Positions 9,366-18,293 of a stretch of 64,000 bases of DNA are shown one piece after another. The position numbers were made by a program, and so were the translations under genes. Origin of the DNA: an uncultured candidate division Zixibacteria bacterium (lineage in GTDB: Bacteria; Zixibacteria; MSB-5A5; RBG-16-43-9); contig OY970208.1 of assembly GCA_963713865.1 (NCBI GenBank), positions 352,001-416,000 of the forward strand, read 5' to 3'. How positions within the stretch are numbered: position 1 is the first letter of the stretch; every line of letters begins with the position of its first letter. The notes under the pieces are model-generated. The model did not search any database and had not been told where the DNA came from. It saw only the letters and a program-made list of their open reading frames with translations.

Positions 9366-10561
9366 ATGAAAAGAATCAAAAACCTATCAGCCCTTTTAAT
9401 TTTATTTTTATTTCTATTCCTTTATACGAATTTATGGGGTGCAGAACCAAAAAAGACAACTCCAGATACCACTGGTCAGAAAATCACCCAGATAAAAATA
9501 GGCGATGAAGGAATTACCATTAAGACCCAGGAAGGAAAAGAAGTTAAGGAGAAACCAGGAGAAATAATCCTGGGAAAAGAGGGGATAAAAATAATAACTT
9601 CTGACAATAAAGAAACCACCTCTGCTCAGATAAAGATTGAACTGCCTAAACATACTACCGTTGTGGAGCTAAATGGAGGTGATATTGTAAAATTCGGGAA
9701 AGATATTACTATAGACGAAGGTGAAAAAGTTACAGGAGACGTTGTGGCTATCGGCGGAAGTGTACGGGTAAATGGATTAGTTGAAGGGGATGTGGTTTCA
9801 ATCGGTGGTAACATATTCGTCTCTTCCACTGGCATAATAGAGAAAAATGCCACCAGTGTGGGGGGGGATGTGAGAGAGATCCTGGCTCGACTATCAAAGG
9901 TGAAAGCGTAGGACTTGGTTTTCTTCCAGGAAAGCTTTTAGGGTTTCATACTGGCTCTCATTTCTTATGGGGTGTAGGTTTTATTTTCTCGCTTTTTAAA
10001 ATTTTATTCCTCTTTTTCTTAGGGATATTGGTTTTAGCTCTAGCCCCGAAAAACGTCCAAAAGGTAAAGGATAAAATCACCAAGAATCCCTGGCAGTCTG
10101 CACTGATAGGTTTTTTAGGTGAGATCCTGATCCTGCCAGCATTCATCCTTTTGATCATTACTATAATCGGGATACCGGTAGCTATCCTTGGATTACCTTT
10201 AGCTATCCTTTTAGCAATGTTACTCGGTTATACCAGTGTGTCTCTGATAGTGGGTGAGAAACTTAGACAGAACACTAATATAAAACCTCAGACTCAGATG
10301 ATGACTCTTATTTTAGGGATCTTGACATTAGAGTTTGTCCTCCTATTTGCCAGGTTCTTAAGGATCTTTTGGGGATTTTTCTCACCTTTCTCTCTTATTT
10401 TTGCGATAATCGGGTTTTTGATCACTTATGTGGCTTTTACAATTGGCTTTGGTGGAGCGATTCTAACCCTTTTAGGCACCCGACCAAAGGATAAACCGGT
10501 CCTGGCTACCCCTGCGCCGGCTCCTGATCCTGCTCCTCCTCAATCTCAAACCACAAATTAA
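9366..10561 (+). CDS. Polymer-forming-cytoskeletal (bactofilin-like) repeat membrane protein, split by one frameshift near 9860-9880
   Basis: ORF 9366-9911 has GDVVAIGG repeats. The other frame continues DPGSTIKGESVGLG... into the multi-TM ORF 10028-10561 (ITIIGIP). Same architecture as 49685-50830. Confidence 0.75.
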
Positions 10562-10685
10562 TTACCTAAAACTTCTAAATTCCTCTTGCTTTTTTACCGA
10601 TATTTGAGTATAATCTACAATGAGGGGATTGCACTTTATATATTTACTTAATATATTTACTTATCAAAACACATAGAGGATAACT

Positions 10686-13600
10686 ATGCAGGGAAAAAGA
10701 AAAAACATGGGATTTGTATTGCTAATAATTTTCTATGCACTCATTCTCCTGAATATTCAGGGTAACGCTTTGGCTCAGTCTTGGCTTAATCCTGAATGGA
10801 ACTACCGGATGAGACTTACGATTAACAATCGGAGCAATTTACTTGGCCTGACAGATTATCAGGTCAAGGTTCGGCTGAACCACGCCAATTTTGATTTCAC
10901 CAAGGCAAAGCCTAAAGGCGAAGATATAAGGTTTGCCGCAAGCGATGGAACTACTTTGATAAACCACTGGATAGAATACTGGAACAATATGGCTGAATCT
11001 GCATTGGTTTGGATAAAGGTCCCAAGTGTATCTGCTTCAGATTCTGCTGTAATTTATTTCTACTACGGAAATCTGAATGCCAACAACTTCAGTAACGGAA
11101 AGGGGACCTTTGAATTTTTCGACGATTTCGAATCAAATTATTTAGCGGAAAGCGGATGGGGTATCAAAGCGCCTTTGCCTTTAGTTAAAGCGGATAATGC
11201 AACTGCAGTCTACAACAACCTGCTATATGTTTTTGGAGGGTATGACAGAGACCCGAATTGTGTTAAATATTATCTGGATGAGACCTTTGCCTATAATCCT
11301 GCAACTGATACCTGGACACAACTTAAGGATATGCCTACCGCTCGCTGGGGGCCAGTAGCAGTTGAATCCAATGGCTTAATTCATGTTTTTGCAGGAGAAG
11401 CTACTTCTGGTCTTACCGGCATACACGAAATCTATGATCCGGCTACCGACACCTGGAGAAGCTCTGCTCTGAAAAACCCCTTATCTATCCCGCAATATGG
11501 GGCAAGTGGAACTGTACACCCGGATATCATATATTTTCCAGAGGGAAAAGATGGGTACAAATATTGGATGGTATATACTCCTACTCCTCCACAATCAAGA
11601 GAAAATCCAAGCATTGTCAGGAGCCACGACGGGATAACCTGGACAGATGCCGATATCACAAATCCCGTAATTCCTTTAGGTACCTCAGGTGCCTGGAACG
11701 ACTTGGAGAATCCGGATCCTGATTTTGTTTATGTAGCAGAATATGACAAATGGTTTATGGTCTGGAATGGAGGAAATGCAGCCACTAATAGCAGGAAGAT
11801 AGCGCTGGCTTATTCTTCAGATGGTAAGAATTGGACCGAGTACAATGGAGCACCTGTTAACGGAAATACTAGCCCGGTAATACTATCTGGAGATGACGAT
11901 TTTGGCCAATCCTGGGAGAGGTCCACTGGCGGGGTTTCTGCCACAAGCTGTCCGACTTTATTCTATGAAAACGGTACATTCTACCTTTACTATGTGGAGG
12001 AAGCGAGCGGCAATAACAGGGGTAGGGCTGGATTCGCTACCTTTACCTGGAATAATGTCACAAACAGCATTGAAAACTTAGTGCGTAATGCGGGGAATCC
12101 CACTATTATCCTGCCACAAGACAGTTATTTCAAATCAGGATGCGGGCACCTGGATCTCTCCAAAAACCCAAAAAATAACCTTTACTATATGTATGTGGTG
12201 AGAGAACTGGTGAGCTCTACCTCTTACGAACTGGCTCTTTTAACCTCCCCGGATAGAATATCCTGGACAAATCGAGGCACAGTTCTGCAGAGAGGGGCAT
12301 CCGGCCAGTGGGATGATACCTATATCTACCGTTCGTCTCCAGTGGTTACCAGTACCGGTAACATATATTACTTAAACAACAAGATTAGACTTTATTACAG
12401 CGCTTTTAGGGGAGGGGATCCCAGAATAGGGATTGCAGACATCCCGGAAACAGGTCCACCTGAAAAATTCCAGGGTAATGGTCCAGCAGATTTGCCCGCT
12501 GGATTGGCAGACCAGGGTGTCATGGGGATAAAGTATGGTAACAAGATTCATCTATTCTTAAAGCAATACCACTATGAATACGACCCTGCTACTGACACTT
12601 ATACTGCAAAAGCAAATGTTCCTACACCCAGGAGCTGGGGAACCTGTGCCCTGGTAAACGGCTTGATCTATGTAATAGGTGGTTATTCTTATGGCTCTCC
12701 CAGTGGTGCTACAAATGTAAACGAGGTCTATGATCCAGTCACTGATACCTGGACAACCAGAGCGCCTATGCCGGTAAAGAAGTATGGAACTCTCAGAGAA
12801 AACCCGGTTATAGATGGTAAAATCTATGTGACTCACGGGCGGGATGGAAGCTTTTTTCTCAATAATAATTATGTTTATGACCCATCTACTAATACCTGGT
12901 CAAAGAAATCTTCAGGTATAAATCCGAGAGATGGAGTTGGCTGTGGAGTGATAAATGACAAATTATACGTGGTTGGCGGAAGAGACATTTTTTCCTGTGC
13001 CGTAGGGAGAAACTATGTGGAGGGATATGATCCAGCCAATGATAAGGGTGAAGTATGGGTCCTCTCAGATATTAGTGCAATTAAAAGAGATACTCTGGCA
13101 AAATATGAACAAGCTTACGGTTTCCTTTTTAATAAGTCTCTCTCCGGAGATGGTATATCTGCACAGCATTATCACAATTTCACCACCTGTGCTGTGGATG
13201 TTTATTGGAATATCACGGATTATTGGGGATTGGCTAACTCCCAGCCGGAAGGGGCAATAGCGTTGACTGATAACGCGAGTGATGGATCGCTGAGTTACTT
13301 CAATAACAACGGTAGACCAGAGTTTAGCTGGTACAGAAGCTCATATGGATTTTTACAGACTGGTACTTGGAATACATGGTATCCTGTGACGATCATTTGG
13401 AATGGTTCAAATAGTAAGGTAATAATTAATGGGACAGAATATCCTGTATCAGCCTCAAACACAAATTCTAACAGAGTATTTCTTCGGGTAAATAAGATTA
13501 CCCGGGAGTATTTCGACCTGGTCAGAGTACGTAAATACTCATCACCAGAGCCCGGTGTAGCCTTTGGCTCAGCTGAGTCTTCTAATCATCCACCAATCCT

Positions 13601-15260
13601 AACTCTCCGGGATACCTCCTTTTTCCTGTGTAAGCCAGAAACTACCTGCTTTAGTCTAATGACAACAGATCCGGATTCTCCTGAGGTCTTGACTCTTGAA
13701 AAGATTTTTGGCTCAGGCAATTTTACTCCCTTAACAGGACCTCCTCCCCTGAACGTCACTCACTGTTTCCTCCCGGAACCTAAAGATTCAACCTATCTTT
13801 TCGTCTTCAGGGTGACAGATTCAAAAGGAGCTTTTGTCCAGGATAGTTCTTTTGTCCATATTCATATAGATCAAAGCCCGATTTTAGCCCTTCCCAATGA
13901 TATTGACACCCTGTTTTGCAATCTGGGTGATTCCATCTATGTATCTATAAGAGGGGAAGACCCGGATACAGGCGACACTCTCAATTTAGAAAAAATCTTT
14001 TCAAAAGGAGTGCTTTTACCTTCTAACCCTGCTTTGGGGAGAGCACCTCTATTAGGACATTTCCTGTGGAAACCTGATTATTCAGATACTTCAGGTAACC
14101 CGCATCGGATTATCTTTAAACTCAAGGACCTTTGTGGAAAAGAGGTTCAGGATACATTACTTATAAGAGTCAAATTCAACCATCTACCAGTTCTTACTCT
14201 GCCTGCAGATACAATCTACAATTTGTGTAAGGCAGATACTATCTGTTTTGACCATATCTCCGCCATAGATTCAGACTCAAAAGATTCAGTCTTTATTCAG
14301 AAACTATCAGGCCCAGGAGGATATAATCCAGGCACAGGCATTTGCTGTTTCTTGCCTTCGTCAAAAGATTCTATTTACACCTTCATCTTTAAAGCCCAAG
14401 ACCTCTGTGGAGCCTCAACTTTGGACACCTTTAACTTGACCGTACATTTGAATCGAACCCCGACTCTATCCCTTCCATCTGACACCTCTTACAAGCTATG
14501 TGCTCCAGGCGATTCTATCTTCTTTGAAGTTTCCAGCTCTGATCCAGGTAATTCTCTGAGTTTAACTAAACTTTCTATTGAGGGAGAGTTAAGACCAACT
14601 GATCCTGTTCTGGACCAAGATTCAGTCAAAGTGATTTTCGTCTGGAAACCAGATTATCCTGATACTCTCTCTAACCCTCATCTTTTGATTTTTGAGGTAA
14701 GAGATAATTGTGGAGCTTCCCGCACCGATACAATCCACGTCAGGATTGAATTTAACCATCTGCCAGTCTTAGTTTCTCAGGGCAGTAGTTACCACCTGTG
14801 TGATGATAGCACCATCTGTTTCAATAATCTGATCGGTAGTGATTCAGACCCGGATGATTCTTTAAGCTTGGAGCTTGTCTCAGGTCCTAATTGCCTCTTT
14901 TTAACTACAGTGCTAAGTCCAACTTTAATCACTGGTTTTACCTGTTTCCAGACCTCAGGCACTGATACAGTCTATCCATTTATCTTTGAGCTTGAGGACA
15001 GATGCGGAACAAAAGATGTAGATACAGTCTATATAACTGTTTCCCCACCAGCTAATCTTTTAAGAGGAGATCCGAATGGAGATATAGCTGTAACCGTCTC
15101 AGATGTGATTTATATCATTAACTATCTCTTTAAAAGTGGGCCACCCCCAGTCAACTGTCCAAAATCTGGAGACGTTAACTGTGACTCCAAGATAACTGTA
15201 AGTGATGTAGTTTATCTGATAGGTTATCTTTTCAAAGGAGGACCACCACCCTGTCCCTAA
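10686..15260 (+). CDS. Large secreted multidomain protein: DUF2341 + Kelch repeats + glycoside-hydrolase-like beta-propeller + Cys-containing Ig-like repeats + C-terminal dockerin-like domain
   Basis: Signal peptide; GEDIRF and VWIKVP (DUF2341); YVFGG, YVIGG and YDPxTDTW (Kelch); HPDII and ENPSI (propeller); GDPNGD...VSDVVYLIGYLFKGGPPP. Confidence 0.85.
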   Translation: MQGKRKNMGFVLLIIFYALILLNIQGNALAQSWLNPEWNYRMRLTINNRSNLLGLTDYQVKVRLNHANFDFTKAKPKGEDIRFAASDGTTLINHWIEYWNNMAESALVWIKVPSVSASDSAVIYFYYGNLNANNFSNGKGTFEFFDDFESNYLAESGWGIKAPLPLVKADNATAVYNNLLYVFGGYDRDPNCVKYYLDETFAYNPATDTWTQLKDMPTARWGPVAVESNGLIHVFAGEATSGLTGIHEIYDPATDTWRSSALKNPLSIPQYGASGTVHPDIIYFPEGKDGYKYWMVYTPTPPQSRENPSIVRSHDGITWTDADITNPVIPLGTSGAWNDLENPDPDFVYVAEYDKWFMVWNGGNAATNSRKIALAYSSDGKNWTEYNGAPVNGNTSPVILSGDDDFGQSWERSTGGVSATSCPTLFYENGTFYLYYVEEASGNNRGRAGFATFTWNNVTNSIENLVRNAGNPTIILPQDSYFKSGCGHLDLSKNPKNNLYYMYVVRELVSSTSYELALLTSPDRISWTNRGTVLQRGASGQWDDTYIYRSSPVVTSTGNIYYLNNKIRLYYSAFRGGDPRIGIADIPETGPPEKFQGNGPADLPAGLADQGVMGIKYGNKIHLFLKQYHYEYDPATDTYTAKANVPTPRSWGTCALVNGLIYVIGGYSYGSPSGATNVNEVYDPVTDTWTTRAPMPVKKYGTLRENPVIDGKIYVTHGRDGSFFLNNNYVYDPSTNTWSKKSSGINPRDGVGCGVINDKLYVVGGRDIFSCAVGRNYVEGYDPANDKGEVWVLSDISAIKRDTLAKYEQAYGFLFNKSLSGDGISAQHYHNFTTCAVDVYWNITDYWGLANSQPEGAIALTDNASDGSLSYFNNNGRPEFSWYRSSYGFLQTGTWNTWYPVTIIWNGSNSKVIINGTEYPVSASNTNSNRVFLRVNKITREYFDLVRVRKYSSPEPGVAFGSAESSNHPPILTLRDTSFFLCKPETTCFSLMTTDPDSPEVLTLEKIFGSGNFTPLTGPPPLNVTHCFLPEPKDSTYLFVFRVTDSKGAFVQDSSFVHIHIDQSPILALPNDIDTLFCNLGDSIYVSIRGEDPDTGDTLNLEKIFSKGVLLPSNPALGRAPLLGHFLWKPDYSDTSGNPHRIIFKLKDLCGKEVQDTLLIRVKFNHLPVLTLPADTIYNLCKADTICFDHISAIDSDSKDSVFIQKLSGPGGYNPGTGICCFLPSSKDSIYTFIFKAQDLCGASTLDTFNLTVHLNRTPTLSLPSDTSYKLCAPGDSIFFEVSSSDPGNSLSLTKLSIEGELRPTDPVLDQDSVKVIFVWKPDYPDTLSNPHLLIFEVRDNCGASRTDTIHVRIEFNHLPVLVSQGSSYHLCDDSTICFNNLIGSDSDPDDSLSLELVSGPNCLFLTTVLSPTLITGFTCFQTSGTDTVYPFIFELEDRCGTKDVDTVYITVSPPANLLRGDPNGDIAVTVSDVIYIINYLFKSGPPPVNCPKSGDVNCDSKITVSDVVYLIGYLFKGGPPPCP

Positions 15261-15314
15261 CACCAGTTCAAAGGTTCAAAAGTTAAATAGTTCAAAGATA
15301 AAAACTAAAAAAGT

Positions 15315-15342
15315 AACGCCCGACCTAAAATCGGGCGTTTTT
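15315..15342 (+). terminator. Rho-independent terminator
   Basis: AACGCCCGA-cctaaaa-TCGGGCGTT followed by a T run. Confidence 0.75.
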
Positions 15343-15733
15343 ATAAGACCGTAGCGTCCGACCTATTTGGGTTTTACACCTGGACAGGGATAAGCCCTGT
15401 CCCTTCGATCTTCATCCAGTTTTTTTAGTTTTTTTAAGGCAGAAGAATCTTGTGCAGGTCAGATAGAAATTGCTGAGAAAAAATTCAAAATCTCAAAACA
15501 GAAATCAGCCCCGAACGCTATTTCGATGCCTCTTTCTTCATTTCACCTCCGGTGAAATTAAATTTAGAGGTTTTAGATGCCCATTAATTTGATAATTTCT
15601 AAACTGTAATTTATCTTGTAAAAAGATCTTGTCAAGCGAAAAATGTATGTGTTAATTTACATAACCCAAGAAAGACTTATTTCCCCCCTTTTCAATCTGT
15701 TAATTATAATTAAATAAGAATTTAAAATTTTTC

Positions 15734-15766
15734 TTGACACTATTTTTCAATAAACATATATTGAAA
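15734..15766 (+). promoter_or_regulatory. Sigma70-type promoter with an overlapping inverted-repeat operator candidate
   Basis: TTGACA (15734)-N17-TATATT (15757). The inverted repeat TTTCAATA-N6-TATTGAAA (15745-15766) overlaps the -10 box. Confidence 0.65.
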
Positions 15767-15967
15767 CTAATTAATTTGAAAACCAAACTGGCTGTCCTTT
15801 CTGGAATTCTTTTAGGGATGAAAGGAGCTCCAATCCGATATTTCGCTTCATAAAAAGTCAGCGTATCTATCAGGAATAGATTTTTTTAATCAGTTTACCC
15901 TTTATAAACAAAGAGGGTATGGATAAGTTGGAAAATGTAAATGAAATCTTAATAAAAAAGGAGTAAA

Positions 15968-16549
15968 ATGGAAGAAAAATCAGGTTTTTTAAAAACTCAG
16001 ATCTGGTCAATAGTTCTTATCGTAATAATCATAGTAATGGGAGTTGAGATTCTCCTTTTAGTCCAGGAGAATAGAAAACTCCGTAATATACTTTCTCTAT
16101 CCAAAGGTCCTTTTAAAATCCTCAACCCGGAGGAAAAAGTCCCTCCCCTTATCGGAATCAACCAGAGAGATGAAGAGGTCAAAATAGATTATCCTTCCTC
16201 AAAAAAAACTGTCCTTTTCTGGTTTTCTCCTGCCTGTCCCTCCTGCGAGGAAAACCTGGCATTTTGGAAAGAGCTTTATCAGAGACATAACTCTGAAAAT
16301 TTGAGATTTATCGGAGTTACTCAGGCTGAAAAGAGTAAGGTTGAGGAGTTTACAAAGAGATTTCAGTTGGAATTTCCCGTTTTGATAATCTCTAATCTTT
16401 CACTCGTTGACCAATATAAGGTAGAGGTGATTCCCCAGACAATGCTCATCGATACCAACGGCATTGTTCAGAAAGTCTGGCCCGGACCTCTTTCAGAAAA
16501 TTACAAAAAGGAGATAGAGGAGATGCTTTCCTCATCTCCAAAACCATAG
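15968..16549 (+). CDS. Membrane-anchored thioredoxin-fold (TlpA/ResA/redoxin-like) thiol-disulfide oxidoreductase
   Basis: N-terminal TM helix, WFSPACPSC active site, cis-Pro loop VIPQT, GIVQKVWPG. Confidence 0.88.
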   Translation: MEEKSGFLKTQIWSIVLIVIIIVMGVEILLLVQENRKLRNILSLSKGPFKILNPEEKVPPLIGINQRDEEVKIDYPSSKKTVLFWFSPACPSCEENLAFWKELYQRHNSENLRFIGVTQAEKSKVEEFTKRFQLEFPVLIISNLSLVDQYKVEVIPQTMLIDTNGIVQKVWPGPLSENYKKEIEEMLSSSPKP

Positions 16550-16565
16550 AAAGGAGGTGAAATAA

Positions 16566-16721
16566 ATGAAACTATTAAGAAAAATCAGAGTCGTAGTCTT
16601 GGTCTTGGCTTTAGCTGTAGTCCTCTGGGGCTCATTTTATATGACTGCTTATGCCAAGAGATGCCTTTTAATGTGTGTATTCGACCCGGTTTATGAATGT
16701 AAGGTTATATGCTACAAATAA
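16566..16721 (+). CDS. Small secreted Cys-rich peptide 1 (51 aa precursor)
   Basis: Manual translation MKLLRKIRVVVLVLALAVVLWGSFYMTAYA-KRCLLMCVFDPVYECKVICYK. RBS AAAGGAGGTG; paralogous to the next two genes; below the ORF-track length cutoff. Confidence 0.85.
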   Translation: MKLLRKIRVVVLVLALAVVLWGSFYMTAYAKRCLLMCVFDPVYECKVICYK

Positions 16722-16831
16722 GTCTAAATGATTCGTAAAAGGACCGGGCCTTTCGACTTAGAACAGATTCGTTCAGGATTCTGAAGAGAAGTTAAGGCTC
16801 TAAACTATACATTAGAAAGGAGGTGAAATAG

Positions 16832-17038
16832 ATGAAACTTTTCAGAAATCTTAGAGCTTTTGCGCTCCTCTTTGCAGTGCTGGTTTTGGTCTTAGGATTC
16901 ACTGTGCTTCAGGCTCCTAATACTGCCAATGCTCGTCCCCTATGCTGTTATAGGGTCTGCAGTCTTGTTCCACCATATCTTTGCTGGGATGTGTGCAAAC
17001 CCTGTCCTACACTTCCCCCAATTCCTCCAGGTCCGTAA
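16832..17038 (+). CDS. Small secreted Cys-rich peptide 2 (68 aa precursor)
   Basis: Signal peptide ending ANA; predicted mature RPLCCYRVCSLVPPYLCWDVCKPCPTLPPIPPGP; RBS AAAGGAGGTG. Confidence 0.88.
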   Translation: MKLFRNLRAFALLFAVLVLVLGFTVLQAPNTANARPLCCYRVCSLVPPYLCWDVCKPCPTLPPIPPGP

Positions 17039-17077
17039 GACCCGTAAATGACTAACTGGTCTGAGGAGCAATGTCTT

Positions 17078-17103
17078 TGGGCGAGCAAGAAATTGCTCGC
17101 CCA
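17078..17103 (+). terminator. Stem-loop downstream of peptide 2 (terminator or mRNA-stabilising hairpin)
   Basis: TGGGCGAGCAA-GAAA-TTGCTCGCCCA, a perfect 11-bp stem with no T tract. Confidence 0.6.
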
Positions 17104-17173
17104 GTACAAATTTGGAAAGTAAAGTTAAGACCTGAACTCAACTTTTAAAACTTAAGAAAGGAGGTGATATTAG

Positions 17174-17362
17174 ATGAAACTTTTCAGAAATCTTAGAGCT
17201 TTTGTGCTCCTCTTTGCCATATTGGCCTTAATAACAGGATTTACTGTGCTTAATCTTCCTAAAACTGCTGATGCCTCCGGCGCATGCTGTTATTGGGTCT
17301 GCACCATTGAGGGACCTCCAGTTTGCTGGCACGTATGTCGTCCCTGCCCTAAACTGCCGTAA
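17174..17362 (+). CDS. Small secreted Cys-rich peptide 3 (62 aa precursor)
   Basis: Signal peptide ending ADA; predicted mature SGACCYWVCTIEGPPVCWHVCRPCPKLP; RBS AAAGGAGGTG. Confidence 0.88.
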   Translation: MKLFRNLRAFVLLFAILALITGFTVLNLPKTADASGACCYWVCTIEGPPVCWHVCRPCPKLP

Positions 17363-17391
17363 ATTTACCAACAAGTATGAGGAGCTAATTC

Positions 17392-17428
17392 GAGCGAGTA
17401 AAATAAATTGCTCGCCCTATCATTTTTT
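17392..17428 (+). terminator. Stem-loop downstream of peptide 3, homologous to 17078-17103
   Basis: GAGCGAGTAA-aataaa-TTGCTCGCCC followed by tatcaTTTTTT. Confidence 0.55.
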
Positions 17429-17768
17429 GTCGGGCATATAAGCCGACGCTTCATCTAAATTGTCACTGTGAGAAGTCCGTAGGACGACAAGGCAATCTTT
17501 ATATACTTGAGTTCGCTTTGCGACCCTGAAAGGATCGCACTACGTTTTACCCTTTCCTTTTCAAGGAGAGGGTCAGCGTGAGGTCATGGTAACGAAGAGG
17601 CAAGATATTTGTTCCGCCAGTATTATAAGGAAGTTTTTGGGGAGTACATTGGCCGTATCAATTAAGCATTATCATGAACGATGCCCTCCCTGTAAAGATT
17701 TAATCTTTCCTCCATTTTCCCCTTGCTAATTTTAATAAAATCCCTTTCTTTTACTTCAAGCATAGGGA

Positions 17769-18278
17769 GTGAGAATGGTCTTAAAAAAACTCACCTTTAT
17801 CTTATTTTCAGTTGCAATTTTTCTTTTCTTAGCTTGCGGAAAAGGAGCAGATAAGAAAAATCCGGATTTGCCCTTTGACTTTACACTTCCGGATCTGAAT
17901 GGCAAAATACATTCCTTAAAAGAATTCAAGGGGAAAATAGTTCTTTTGAATTTCTGGGCTACCTGGTGTCCTTCCTGTAAGGAAGATATTGCGGAACTGC
18001 TTTTTATCTATAGACAGTATAAAGATTCAGGACTGGAGGTGGTTGGGATCTCTTTGGATAAAAAAGGATTAGGGGTGGTAGATTCATTTGTTAAAGAGTT
18101 GAATATACCTTATACCATCCTTTTAGGTGATGAAACTGTGGTGAAAAGTTATGGAGGTTTCAAAGGAGTACCCACAACATTCCTTTTGGATAAGGAGGGG
18201 AGAATAGTTAAAAGATACTCCGGACAGATCAATCCGGAAACTCTTAGATCAGATCTGAAAGTATGGCTTGGAAAATAA
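17769..18278 (+). CDS. TlpA-family disulfide reductase lipoprotein
   Basis: Lipobox FLAC, DFTLPDLNG, LNFWATWCPSC, GVPTTFLLD; likely start ATG 17775. Confidence 0.92.
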   Translation: MRMVLKKLTFILFSVAIFLFLACGKGADKKNPDLPFDFTLPDLNGKIHSLKEFKGKIVLLNFWATWCPSCKEDIAELLFIYRQYKDSGLEVVGISLDKKGLGVVDSFVKELNIPYTILLGDETVVKSYGGFKGVPTTFLLDKEGRIVKRYSGQINPETLRSDLKVWLGK

Positions 18279-18293
18279 TGAAAGGAGCTTGTT

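Noticed and set aside
16566-17362. Peptides as lanthipeptide, sactipeptide or ranthipeptide precursors
   Set aside because: There is no adjacent modifying enzyme or peptidase-ABC exporter, and the leaders look like Sec signals with AxA sites. The radical SAM gene at 29390 lies in a different operon 12 kb away.
17769-18278. Second thioredoxin-like gene as part of the peptide system
   Set aside because: It is a canonical TlpA, separated by about 400 bp with a terminator-like hairpin and REPs, and closely linked to the downstream PLP enzyme. Its involvement is unsupported, though not excluded.
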